From Azolla caroliniana (taxonomy: Eukaryota; Plantae; Polypodiophyta): DNA of 64,000 nucleotides. Positions 11,657 to 24,472 of the stretch are shown piece after piece. The notes under the pieces are model-generated. The model did no database searches, was not told where the DNA came from, and saw nothing but the letters and a program-made list of their open reading frames with translations. The stretch lies in contig JBHGNT010000008.1 of the NCBI GenBank assembly GCA_043228905.1, positions 5,828,001 to 5,892,000 of the forward strand. Direction: 5' to 3'. Numbering within the stretch: position 1 is the stretch's first letter; every line of letters begins with the position of its first letter. Both the position numbers and the translations under genes were made by a program.

Positions 11657-14600
11657 GTGAGGAACTAGATAAGGATGCAATCTGGGAATTGTGGCAAGCA
11701 CAGGAGGCCTTGGAATGGGAAATGGTGGTATCTCAATGAGTAAAGGCATCCCAACTAGAAGAAGTAAATTTGGGCACTGGAGAGGCAGCGCGTCTGGTAC
11801 ACGTGGCCAAGGAGATACCACCGGAAGACAAATCAACAATGATAACATTATTAAAAGAATTCTGGGACGTATTTGCCTGGTCCTACGAAGATATGCGAGG
11901 ACTTGAACCCCAACTCTATCAACACCAGATTCACCTCAACAAGGAAGCTAAGCCGGTGGCACAACGATGCTATCAGATGAAGCCAAACTACACGGCAAGA
12001 GTAAAAGAGGAAATTGACAAGCTACTTCAAGTTGGCTTTATCCGGCCGGTGAAGAAAGCCACTTGGCTAAGTCCAATTGTCGTAGTGCCGAAGGAGAACG
12101 ACAAGATCCGTGTTTGCATGGATTACCGGAAATTGAACACGGCAACCGTCACTGACGCATTTCCACTTCCGTTTACGGATGGGGTTTTAGATGCGGTAGT
12201 TGGGCACGAGGTTTATAGCTTCCTTGATGGTTTCAACGGATATAACCAAATAAGGATGCACCCGGACGATCAAGAAAAGACGGCGTTTGTGATAGAATGG
12301 GGAGTCGTTGTAGCAGTTGTAATGATGTTCGGACTCAAGACGGCGCCGACAACCTTTCAGAGGATTATTATGGAAGTATTTGGAGAATTCATACCGGCAT
12401 TTATGCAGGTATTCTTGGATGACTTTGCGGTATATAGCTGGAAAGGGGAACATCTCGACCATCTCAGGTTATGCTTGGAAAAGTGCAGAGGATACTAGTT
12501 AAGTTTAAATCCGGAAAAATGCCTCTTCGGTGTGAGCAGCGGCACATTGCTGGGTCATATTGTTAGCAAGGAAGGGATTGTCGTGGACTCGGATAAGGTC
12601 AAGGCTATTTTGCAGGCACCGACACCGACGACTACCGAGGCGTTAAGTTGGTTCTTAGGACAGATCCGGTGGCATAGCTGGATGCTCTGTTACTTGGCAG
12701 ACCTCACCACCCCACTACACGTAGCTGTACACCGGACACTGTTTAAATGGACGAATGAAGAGGACAAGGCTTACCGCACACTCAAGGTAATGCTATCACA
12801 AGCACCAGTGGTACAACCCCCGGACTGGTCAAAAGAGTTCCATGTCTTCGTGGACGTGTCAGATATCGCAATCGGCAGCGTACTCATGCAACTTACCAAA
12901 CCTAATTGGTATCGGCCGGTGTATTACGCTAGCCGGAAGTTGTCAAAGGCAGAGCGAAATTATTCCACTACGGAAAGAGAAGCCTTAGGGATGTTATACA
13001 GTGTCACCAAATACCGTCATTATTTGTTGGGCCGCAAGTTTTCATTCCATGTGGACCATTCAATGCTTTTATTGTTGGTCTCAAAGGCATCACTCAAAGG
13101 CAAGCTAGCCTGGTGGACATTATTATTACAAGAATTTGAATTTGAGATCTATCACTGACCGGGTATACAACATGCGGTTGCCGATTACTTGAGCCGGTTA
13201 GAATCTGGAGAGACCGGTGACGGTGTTCAAGATGACTTTCCAGATGCCGAATTGTTTAAAATTATAGCGGAAACCACGGTAGAGGGGACGGTCGTAGATG
13301 AGCACAAATGGCTAATGAACATGCACCAGTTCTTAAGCACAGGACTACCCCCAGAAGAGATGAACCGGGATGAACGTAAACGGTTGGCGGTGCAAAGCGG
13401 ACACTTTTGTCTAGTGCAGGATACACTATATCATAAAGGAGCGGATGGCATATGACGGCGAGCGTTCTGGAGTGATGAAAAAGACACCATTTTACGGGAA
13501 GCGCATTGTGGGGTCGCCGGAGGACATTATGCCGGAGAAGCTACGGTAAGGAAAATATGGCACAACAGATTATGGTAGCCAACGACACTAAAGGACTCGG
13601 TCCGATATATGAAGGAATGTGATCTGTGTCAAAGAATGGGCCAACCAACAGAACAAGTGTGCATGCCACACCAGCCGGTACTACCTCTAGAGCCATTCCA
13701 AAAATGGGGGCTGGACTTCGTTGGACCATTCAAGCCATCGGCAATGCGAACCGACAACAAGTACATAATTGTCACCACAGATTACTGTACAAAATGGGTG
13801 GAAGTGAAGGCACTACGTGACAATACTGTGGCGTGTTACCCGTAAGAATATACGGGGAGGCATAAGCCTATGTGTAATGATGTGGTTGATGTGTATGTGT
13901 AAAGTAAATGAGTCTGTGAGGATGAGTATGTGTGAGCACATGCACAATTATGTGCATGTGACAAGAATATAACGGTCTTCTTTTTGTAACGGTCATATTA
14001 TTAACCGTTACACTATGTACTATATAAACCCCTAATGGGGCATGTAATGAGATATACATTTTCCCCCTCTCATTTTGTGTCATTTTCAATTTGTCTTTCT
14101 CTCTAGCTCTCTCACTATTGTAACCCCCTTGGGAGGGGGGTGAAGCCATTCTAAGCTTCACCCCCCACCCCGACAACACTTTTGGCACGACAAAGTTCCT
14201 ATACGAGTACATCTAGTGCCGGTATGGATGTCCAATCGAATTAATCAGCGACCAAGGTGGACACTTCCTCAGCTAAGTGGTGGAAAGCCTAACAACATTT
14301 TATGCGGTTGTACACAAGCGAAGCACCCCTTATTATCCGCAGGCCAATGGATTGGCCAAATCCACCAATAAAACTCTGCAAAACATTCTCTGAAAGATTG
14401 TGAATGAGAACCAAACCGATTGGGATACAAAGCTGCACAACGCGTTATGGGCTTACCAAATGGCATAAAAAACAAGTATCCGGACAACACCATTGCGGTT
14501 AGTGTTTGGTCTCGAAGCGGTGATGCCAATAGAATTCAAGATTCCAAGCTTACAGATACAGGTCCGGGAGTGGTTGAGCAAGAAGGAGTCAGAAAAAATC

Positions 14601-14950
14601 CGGTTAGCAGCACTATGCGAGCTGGAGGAGCACCGAATAGCGAGCCTAATGCAGATGGAACTCAAGCAACGATGAAGGAAAGAATTCGTCGACCGCTACT
14701 GGAAACGTAATGAGAAGATGTTTGGAATTGGCAAGCTGGTACTAGTGTTCCAGACTCGGATGGGCAAGATGCCGGGGAAGCTACGGTTCCGGTGGACCAG
14801 ACCATATTGGATAACACGAGAGTTCAACGGCTCATATTAGCTGGGAACGCTAGCCGGCAAGGTGTTGGACAAGTGGATAAATGGGTTCCGACTTAAACCA
14901 TATTATGGACCCATGCCACAGAACCCGGTTCATCAACCGAAGAACAATGC
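11657..14950 (+). pseudogene. pol: gypsy A pol: RT, RNase H, integrase
   Basis: [57 protein letters not shown]; multiple stops. Confidence 0.93.
13834..14189 (+). mobile_element. 345-bp gypsy-type LTR plus a 7-nt PBS stub, inserted in the integrase
   Basis: TGTTACC...CGACAACA followed by CTTT TGGCACG; second copy at 38386; host frame RDNTVA|TTKFLYE flanks it. Confidence 0.88.
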
Positions 14951-15299
14951 GGAAATAGGCAGCGGCAAGCAGTTGGTCGGCAACCATGAAGAAAAACAGA
15001 CAAGGGAGTCGGGGTTACCCGGTAACCGGAACTACAAAATATATATCATGCAGAGGCGAGGAGTGAACGAACACCACGAAAAGGTGTGCAGTGGCTATTT
15101 AAAGCCTAGTTAAAGCGCACCATGTGTCACACAGTTGCTATTATAGTACACGATGTGCATGTGCGAGAATCAAGAAAGGCGCCAAGCATGGGAACATGAA
15201 ACTTCCGGCTCCCAGAGTCTCTCTCATTTCGCGAACACAGAGCACTAAGCGCACAAAGGACAATACAAGTAAGCAGACGGACACAAGAAGCACATACAA

Positions 15300-16675
15300 G
15301 CACAATGACCTTACCCATCCCCGCAGAACCAGACGATGAGATGAAACCTATGGCATTTTCCGAAACAGCCAAGAAGTGGTTCAACCAACATGGGTTGGGA
15401 GACTTCCTAAGGATGGCAAAGGCACTGCCGCACGACGAGCAGAAGAAGTCGTGCATAAAATCGACACAGAAGTCATAACGAAGGAAGCCATTCACACTCT
15501 AAGCGGATTGCCAAAACGGGGCATCTACTCCATCGAGAACCCTTCTCCTAAAATGCTAACCAAGTTTTTTGGTTAGTATTCCCCTGCCAACAAGGCTCAT
15601 CGGACACAAGGCGGTGAGGACCCCTTGTTCAGAGAAGTAGCTCGCGTCCTCCACGAGTATGGGTTCATGTACCCTCGACCCCCGGCAATGCCAAAGAACA
15701 AAGCCGGTTTCATCATTGGTACATACACAAGGGTGCAAGTGGATTGGTCGGTAATCATCGTAGATTGCTTGCGGACGGCGATAGAATCAATGCAGAACGG
15801 CAAGAAATTATGGACGACAGTGGCTCAATGACTGAATCTCTTGGCGCCCCCAGTGGAGCCGATAAAGACGAAAAAGCGGGTTCGAGTAACGGAGACCAAG
15901 CCCAACAAACCTTCAAAATGACAACAACTCCTGGCCAAGCACACAGCTGAATGGAAAGAGCGCAGTACCTCACAGCAAGGGAAAGAACCACCTAGCCGGA
16001 AGAGGCAAGCAGAGACAGAGACACCGGTGGAGCCACCAATAAGGCCCCTTAAAATGAAGTTGCACCAACAGGAACAAGAGCCGGACCCCTTGGCAACGAA
16101 GATCAATAACAGAACCCAAGAGGAGGAGGCGGAGGAAGACCCTGCCGATAACCTCCTACGTCGCCAAAAGCGTAACGACGCGGAGTAGAAAGCGGACGAA
16201 TTGGGTCCGGTGAAGGATAGCGCACTAACACCCCGTTCTGAGAGACCAGAGCCAAGGAAGGAGGCAGAACCGGTTCAACCATAAACGATGAAAGAGTTAC
16301 CTGTGCGGCAAGAAGCAACAGTGTTGGTGGTCCAAGAACCGATAATCGAATTGCCTACCTCACCAGGGTAGCAGGCACAGCAATAGCAGCAATTGTCGTT
16401 GCAGTCAACTATCGAAAAAGGGCTTCCGGCGAGAACAGAGGCCACGCCACAACCGAACCCGGCACGACAACAAGGCACCAACAGTCAATGGCTACGGTGG
16501 ATTAGCGAACAGGTGGCCGGGGTCATGTGCCAAATAGAAATTGAGGACAGAGCACATGGGGACTGGTTGTTCACCACAACCGAAAAACTTGAGAAAGCCT
16601 GGTCGAGGATCCGGAGCATGGAAGAAGAAATTGCGTAGGCCAATGCAGAGGTGGCTAAGCAGGTCATAGATGGAT
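15300..16675 (+). pseudogene. gypsy A ORF3, N-terminal part
   Basis: IENPSPKMLTKFFG, AHRTQGGEDPLFREVARVLHEYGFMYPRPPAM and QWLRWISEQ align with element B ORF3. Confidence 0.8.
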
Positions 16676-17167
16676 TGAAAATGAATAGTGTACGGAAGCA
16701 ATAGGAAACCGAACACAGAAAATACGCAGGTTTAATGGAGAGCTTGTATATGCACAGTACACGGGAGAGACAAGGAGAGAGAGAACACACAGAAACTCGA
16801 TTCAAAATAATACTCAATCTGTACATACACTGTGCTCAGTGAGCACCTTTTATACAAGCCCTGACAATAGGGACGACACAAGTACTGATAGTACTTGACC
16901 GCTCATAAATGAGCCTACTATGCTAACTCCCAAAATTATTCCTTACGAGGAATATCTTCCTAACGGCCTTCTGGTTTACGCACCGATATGACCATGTTAT
17001 GCGTACTGATTTACACATCGGTCCGGCCTAACTGATCGGTCCCAACCGATCTGGTTCTTGGCTTGCACAACCGATCCGGCCATGTTGTGTGTACCGATTT
17101 ACGCACCCCGTCTACACACTGGGTTACACATCGTATTATGCACGAATGTTGAGCTTGTCTCTCAACA
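16676..17167 (-). repeat. copia-2 3' LTR
   Basis: Direct copy of 33260-33751; ends CTCTCAACA next to the PPT. Confidence 0.9.
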
Positions 17168-17278
17168 CTCCCCCTCAAGTTCAACTTGAGGTTCCACTCA
17201 CTCCGCCGGATCTACGCTTCGGTTCCTTTTGGCTTCACGCCTCACTCGCGCTCCTCGACTCGTTCGATTCCGCTCACC

Positions 17279-19779
17279 TCAACCCTTTCGATTGGCTTCT
17301 CTGCTTACACGGCCCTTCTTAGCTTCCTTGTTGTTGTGGTGTTGGCGTCTCTTCTGCTGCCTTCTCTTCCACTTGGCCCTTGGTTGATTCAGCGTATCTA
17401 AATCTAACATCCGAACCGACTCGGCTTCCTCCGATCGGTTTTCGCTCTCGTCCGAGTTGGCTGTCTCCAACTCATCTCCGGTCTTCTCGCCCTTGATGGC
17501 TTCATCTCCCCCATGCTTGGCTGGCTTTGGCTCTTTCTTCCGGCTACTCCCCTTATGTCCACTTTCGGACTCTTCCGCGGATCCGCCCTCGGCTTCTTCA
17601 GCCGATCCAAAATCGAATTCGTCATCCGACTCGGTGTCACGGTCTTTTCCGCTCCTTCCCTGCTCCCTTCTGTGGTCATCCGGGATGTCTCTCCCCCTCA
17701 AGTTCGGCATGTCGAGGTGATGCAACCCAAGCGCACCGAATTGCCGCAACTTGTCCAAACCAAGGGGCTTGGTGAAGATGTCGGGGTTTTGCCGATCTGT
17801 CGGAACATACTGAAGTTCGACTTCACTGGAGAGGACACACTCACGGACGAAATGGTAGTGCACCTCAATGTGCTTAGTCCGAGCATAGAAGATGAGGTTC
17901 TTGGCTAGCTGGATGTTGCTGAGGTTGTCGCAGTAGATTTTCGTTGGATCAGATACCTCCACATGCAGATCCTTAAGTAGCCGCTTCAACCATATGGCTT
18001 TGCATGTCGCGACAACCACTCCTCTATACTCAGCTTCGGTGCTTGACAGCGCAACTGTCGGCTGCTTCTTGCTACTCCATGCGATCGCGACACTCCCAAG
18101 AGAGAACGCGAAACCGGACGTGGCTCAGTGATCGTCGGTGTTTCCGGCCCAATCAACATCGGTGTAACCGACCAACTGCACGGCAATATCGGTTCGATAT
18201 AGTAGCCCCCGGTCCTTAGTGCCACTGACATACCGGAGTACGCGTTGTGCGCATTGAAGGTGCTCCTCGGTCGGTCGCACCATGAACTGATTGATCACCC
18301 TGACCGGGTAGCTAAGATCTGGTCGGGTGATGGTCAAGTATATAAGGCTTCCGACTATCTGTCAGAACCTCGTCGGGTCACATACCTTTCTAGAATTAGG
18401 GCGAAGCTTGACTGTTCTATCCAGAGGAGTCGAGACGGACTTACAGTCAGCCATCCCGAACTTGAAGAGCATATTCAACGCGTAATGATGTTGGCTGATC
18501 AATATGCCTTCGGGGGTATGGATCGCTTCGATCCCGAGGAAGTAATGAAGGTCCCCCAGATCCTTCATGTCGAATGATGCCGCAAGCTGGAGCTTCACGC
18601 GGTCTATCTCACCTAGGTCAACGTCGGTGATGACCAAGTCATCAACATAAAGTAAAATGCTAACCGGCCTAAGTTGACCTTTCCGGATGTATAGTGAGTC
18701 CAATTTTGACGTCACAAAGCCCATCTGACGCAATCGTTGCGTGATGTACGCGTTCCAGGAACACGGGGCTTGCTTTAGTCCGTAAAGGGACTTCTTCAAT
18801 CGGCACACTACCGAGGTGTTCGTTCCGAAGTGAAATCTAGGGGGTTGTACCATGTACACCTCAAGCTCACCTTGCAGGAACGCATTCTTTACATCCATCT
18901 GATGTAAGTGCCATCCCTTTGCCACAACTACCGCGAGCAAAACACAGACGGTTGTCATCTTCGCGACTGGCACAAACGTCTCATCGTAGTCGATGCCGTG
19001 TTTCTGCACGTAGCCTTTCGCTACTAACCGGGCCTTGTATCGGTTGACCGAGCCATCAGTGTTGTACTCAACCTTGTACACCCACCTACATCCGATCGGT
19101 TTCACACCTTTCGATGCGTCAACCGGGTCCCAGGTCTCATTCTTCGCTAATGTGCGCATCTCTTCCTCCATTGCGGCACGTCAATTCGTGTGCTTTGCCG
19201 CTTCTGTGTAGCTCTCTGGCTCACGCACTTCTACTACACGCGTCATGTACACATAATGATGCACCATGTACTCGCTATAACCGAACCGCACAACAGGGTT
19301 CTTCTGGCGGGTTGATTGGCATAATTGCTCATTAGCCAAAGTTGAGGCTTTCTTGGCCGACGCGGAGTTCGGTCTCGAAGACCCGTCGTCACTTCCCTCG
19401 GAGTTGAACTCGCGTCGATCCGACTCATTCCTATCCGTGCCGTAATCAGACACCTTCTTCTTCCCTTTTTCTCTGCATGTAAGCCGTCTCCTCGGCTTCC
19501 TGCACGAGGAATGCACGACCGAGTCTCCACTACTCACCGGCTCTTCATCGAACTAGTCGAACCGACTCAATCGTCCATTCGGTCCACTTAACCGAAACGA
19601 AATCGGACTCTCTTCGCGGGTCCCGATTTCATGCTCATCCGAGGCATCTCGGCCTCGCTGACCTCATCGTCAGAACTCGGATTGGAGGTGAGATCCGGAG
19701 TTGGAGGCAAGTACCAGGACGCGGACTCGTCAAACACAACGTCGCGGCTCACGCGCGCTTGTTTGGTGCGAGGGTTATA
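17279..19779 (-). pseudogene. copia-2 integrase end, RT, RNase H and charged C-terminal extension
   Basis: YKARLVAKGY, LLYVDDLVI, CDNLSNIQLAKN, RTKHIEVHYHFVRE. Confidence 0.92.
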
Positions 19780-20329
19780 GGGTAAAAGCATGCGAGTGGA
19801 AACACTATTATAGCTAATTAGCTACTAAAATGGCCATAGCTAATTAGCTATTTGTTTAGCTAGTCTTTTTTGTGGGAAAATCAAATATTTGAAAAACTAA
19901 TTTATGAAAAAACTCAAATATTTGAACTTCTGTTTCAGACGTAGTGGAACTTGGGGAATATCACCATCATCTAAGGTCGACTTCAATGTCATCAATTTCC
20001 TGTTTAGCCTAAGTCTGATTTTGAACGCAGATGGAGTACTCAAAGCACGAACGCAGACGTAGCTCCCGCAACAGCAAAAAATCGACATTGCAGATTGAGA
20101 GCTACAACACAGAACCCGCTCGATCATCGTCCAGGTATGTTTCAGTTACAGAAACCCCAAACATTTGTTTTTTCTTTTTGACTACTGTCTGAACTTTGGT
20201 GCCGATTCATATTTCCCCAAAATCGAATAGGGCGAAGTCCTTGGAGTCCCATACAAGGATGTCTCGCAAATCGGGGAGTAGCAACAGGTGTGTTTATATT
20301 ACTTTTTTTGTGTTTAATCCTGTCTTTAG

Positions 20330-20745
20330 TGATTAGGGTTTGTGATTGAAATTTCTGATTAGGGTTTGTGATTGAAATTTCTGATTAGGGTTTTTGATTA
20401 TAAATTTCTGATTAGAATTTCTGAATAGGGTTTCTGGTTACAAATTTTGATTACAAATTAGAATTTCTGAATAGGGTTTTTGTTTATAAATTTCTGCTTA
20501 GGATTTCTGATTAGGGTTTGTGATTGAAATTTTTTATTAGGGTTTCTGATTGAAATTTCTGATTAGGGTTTTTGATTATAAATTTCTGATTAGAATTTCT
20601 GAATAAGGTTTCTGGTTACAAACTTCTGATTACAGATTTTGATTAGGGTTTCTGATTTCAAACTTCTGATTACAGATTTTGATTAGGGTTTCTGATTTCA
20701 AATTTCTGAATACAAATTATGATTAGGGTTTCTGATTTGCTAAGT
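20330..20745 (+). repeat. degenerate ~13/26-bp tandem repeat containing TTAGGGTTT (telo-box), intronic
   Basis: GATTAGGGTTT(G/C)TGATTGAAATTTCT units. Confidence 0.85.
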
Positions 20746-22177
20746 TAAAGATTTTGCACCATTTTTGTTGTTGTTGATTGGGGTTTTTGATTCTCACATA
20801 TTCTGATTTTGCACTATTTCTGATTTCTGAAATGATATTTCAGATGGCTCGTTCCTCCGTATACGAGAGTGCTAAACTTCGCAAAATTTTGCAAGACAAA
20901 GGAGGACTTCCACAACACCTATGGTCTGTCACTCGAGGGTGTTGACCCTGCTGTCCTAAGTGATAAATTGATCAGTGATATAGACTGGATGACAGTATAT
21001 ACAGTGCCTAGAGTCAAAGGCAAGGTCAAGCTGAAGCATGTACGAGCCGACTTGTACGATGACTGCATGAGACTGCACCAAAAAGTTCATCAGGAGATCC
21101 CAGTCAACAATGAGTTGTCAGTTTCATTTGCTAGAGCATTTGCATATGAGTACTGCAAAACAGCGAAGGAATCTAGAGACCCTGAAATGTATAGGGTAGC
21201 TTGGGCAGTCTATGGTGAGGCATCGGTAAAAAGATGCTGAAAGATGGGGACCTTGGCACAAAAAATAGACAGATTTTGGAGCATGGCAGCTGTTGATGCA
21301 ACTGCCGACTCCCAGCAAGACCGGGGGCATACACCACACCGACACCCAAGGAAAGCCAATGTCGATGATACAGGTGAGACATTGGTTAGCTATATGCTAA
21401 AAAATGTCCATGAAGCCTGTGAGACATTGGCATTTTTTAAGACTGATTTAGAGAAAGCCACAATGGCTTCTGCAATGGAGAGCAAAGTTACTTCTGCTGT
21501 TACAACAATTAGAAATAAGATTCAGGTAACTATTGTTTTGCTGGTATGTGATTGTGTTATAAATAACGGGTAAAATGTGCTAATCAAGCATTATCTGGAA
21601 TAGGTTGCGCAACAGGAGCTTGAATTAGAGGGGCCACTGGATCCCCAGCGTAAAATAGAACTGCAAATAGAGATCCAGGTTCTTTCAATGAACCTGGACC
21701 TTCTAGGTGTAAATACTGTTGCAGATTACAATTTGGATAAGCTTCAAGTAAGTTAACGATTCCTGAGCAAAGTTGGTGTATCTTTCAATAACAAGAATAA
21801 TTAATCGGTAAATTTCTCTGTTGCGTTGAAGGAACAATACATTCATCAAGAACAGGTAGTTAGCTGCCTTAAGAAGAAGCTACATTTTGTGGAGGGAATG
21901 GTAAGGACCAGACAAGATTTGGACCTGAACATTCTTGCTCCCTTACCAAATGAAGTAGAACCAGAAAATGATTTATTGACAGTTCAAGCACGTTGCATCG
22001 CTTGCGGGTTAGGTGTGGAGGACAAAACTGCGTCTTTGTTGGTTCACCTACAACCATGCAACCACACATACCATCTGCTTTGTTTTCAACATGCCTGTCG
22101 AATTGCTGCATTCTGTTTGGGAGATTGCAGTACAACTCTACCAAATGAGTGGAGAAAACAAACAGGTATACCATACT

Positions 22178-23745
22178 GTAGCTAATAAGTTTAGTCTTTT
22201 CTAATTAGCTATCCTACTAGCTAATTAGCTACTGGCAGCTAATGAGCTACTAGCTAATTAGCTACTGGCAGCTAATGAGCTACTAGCTAATTAGCTATCC
22301 TAGTAGCTAATTAGCTATGGTACTAGCTAATTAGCTAGTACCATAGTTGTGTAAAAAAGCTAAATAGCTATCCTACTAGCTAATTAGCCACTGGCAACTA
22401 ATTAGCTATCCTAGTAACTAATTAGCTACTGCCATAGTTGTGTAAAGTAGCTAATAAGCTATCCTAGTAGCTAGTTAGCTATGGTACTAGCTAATTAGCT
22501 AGTACCATAGTTGTGTAAAAAAGCTAATTAGCTATCCTACTAGCTAATTAGCTACTGGCAACTAATTAGCTATCCTACTAGCTAATTAGCTATCATAGTA
22601 GCTAATTAGCTACTGACATAGTTGTGTAAAGTAGCTAATAAGCTATCCTAGTAGCTAGTTAGCTATGGTACTAGCTAATTAGCTAGTACCATAGTTGTGT
22701 AAAAAAGCTAATTAGCTATCCTACTAGCTAATTAGCTACTGGCAACTAATTAGCTATCCTACTAGCTAATTAGCTATCATAGTAGCTAATTAGCTACTGA
22801 CATAGTTGTGTAAAGTAGCTAATAAGCTATCCTAGTAGCTAATTAGCTACTGGCAGCTAATTAGCTATCCTAGTAGCTAATTAGCTACTGGCAGCTAATT
22901 AGCTGTCCTAGTAGCTAATAAGCTATCCTAGCTACTACATAGTTGAGAAAGTAGCTAATTAGCTTTCATTGTAGCCAATTAGCTATCCTAGCTACCACCA
23001 TAGTTAGTAAAGTAGCTAATTAGCTATCCTAGCTACTACCATAGTTAGTAAAGTAGCTAATTAGCTATCCTAGCTACTACCATAGTTGAGTAAAGTAGCT
23101 AATTAGCTACCATAGTAGCTAATTAGCTATCCTAGCTACTACTATAGTTGTGTAAAGTAGCTAATAAGCTATCCTACTAGCTAATTAGCTATCCTAGTAG
23201 GTAATTAGCTATGGTACTAGCTAATTAGCTAGTACTATAGTTGTGTAAAAAAGCTAATTAGGTATCCTACTAGCTAATTAGCCACTGGCAACTAATTAGC
23301 TATCCTAGTAACTAATTAGCTACTACCATAGTTGTGTAAAGTAGCTAATAAGCTATCCTAGTAGCTAATTAGCTACTAGCAGCTAATTAGCTATCCTAGT
23401 AGCTAATTAGCTATCCTACTAGCTATTAGCTACTACCATAGTTGAGTAAAGTACCTAATTAGCTATCCTACTAGCCTAATTAGCTACTACCATAGTTGAG
23501 TAAAGTACCTAATTAGCTATCCTACTAGCTAATTAGCTACTGGCAACTAATTAGCTATCCTAGTAGCTAATTAGCTATCCTACTAGCTAATTAGCTGCTG
23601 GCAACTAATTAGCTATCCTAACTACTACCATAGTTGAGTAAAGTACCTAATTAGCTATCATACTAGCTAATTAGCTATCGTACTAGCTAATTAGCTATCC
23701 TAGCTTCTACCATAGTTTAGTAAAGTAGCTAATTAGCTATCCTAA
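22178..23745. repeat. TAGCTAATTAGCTA palindrome minisatellite (intron of RING gene)
   Basis: Dozens of copies of the 14-bp palindrome with short variable linkers. Confidence 0.95.
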
Positions 23746-24472
23746 ATAACTGTCATGTTATTGTAGAATCTTGTGGATTAAGGACGGCACATGATGTGTC
23801 TGGTGCTGATGATGCTGCAACAGATGAGGATACTACTGCCAATGTGGCTGAAAGTAAGAGTCCTGCTATCACATCTCCTTCAGATCAGCTGCACCCTATT
23901 CTTTTGGAACAGTGTACTGAATTAGGCAACGATGTGAAATGCCATGAAATAGTGGAAACAACATGTAAAACTGAGGTTCACAACAACAGTGTTTATGAAC
24001 ACTTGATGCAACATTTCTTCGAGTCTCAAGACCTTGATTCCACCCCACCGAGCCCAACTACTGAAAATGTCCAAACAGATCCCTCTGTACTTGAAAAGCT
24101 AGTTCAAGAAACGGTTGATGTGCAATTAGCTGCTGAGGCGATGGGAAGGTTGTCGGAGGAGGACACACTTGCGCATTGGGTCCTAGAAGCAAGGCTAAAT
24201 GGGGAACCAACCAGAAAAAGGCTGAAGAAGGGGCCACGATCGGGAACAAGACCAGTTACTCGGTCAAGGGGCCCAGACGTAGTGGAGCGAAATACTGTTT
24301 AGTTGGATATGATTGTTAGCTTAGGGATTTTGCTAGGGTTTTATGAAGTTTTACTATCCTGTTGGACAAGTAAAACCTCAGATTGGTTGTTGCTTGATCC
24401 ACATTATGTAATGGAACTCTATGATGTTTTTCCAAGATAATTTGAAGAGTGTTGTTCTATGACTGAAACTCT

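Larger units (their letters stand above)
20259..24302 (+). pseudogene. spliced cargo gene: unknown N-terminal domain, coiled coil, RING-H2 finger, acidic tail (one premature TGA)
   Basis: Phase-compatible GT-AG exons 20259-20287, 20844-21525, 21604-21747, 21832-22165, 23767-24302; CIAC...PCNHTYHLLC...CLGDC. Confidence 0.7.

Noticed and set aside
20330-20745. True telomere or chromosome-fusion scar
   Set aside because: TTAGGG motifs are embedded singly in a longer unit rather than forming tandem TTTAGGG arrays.
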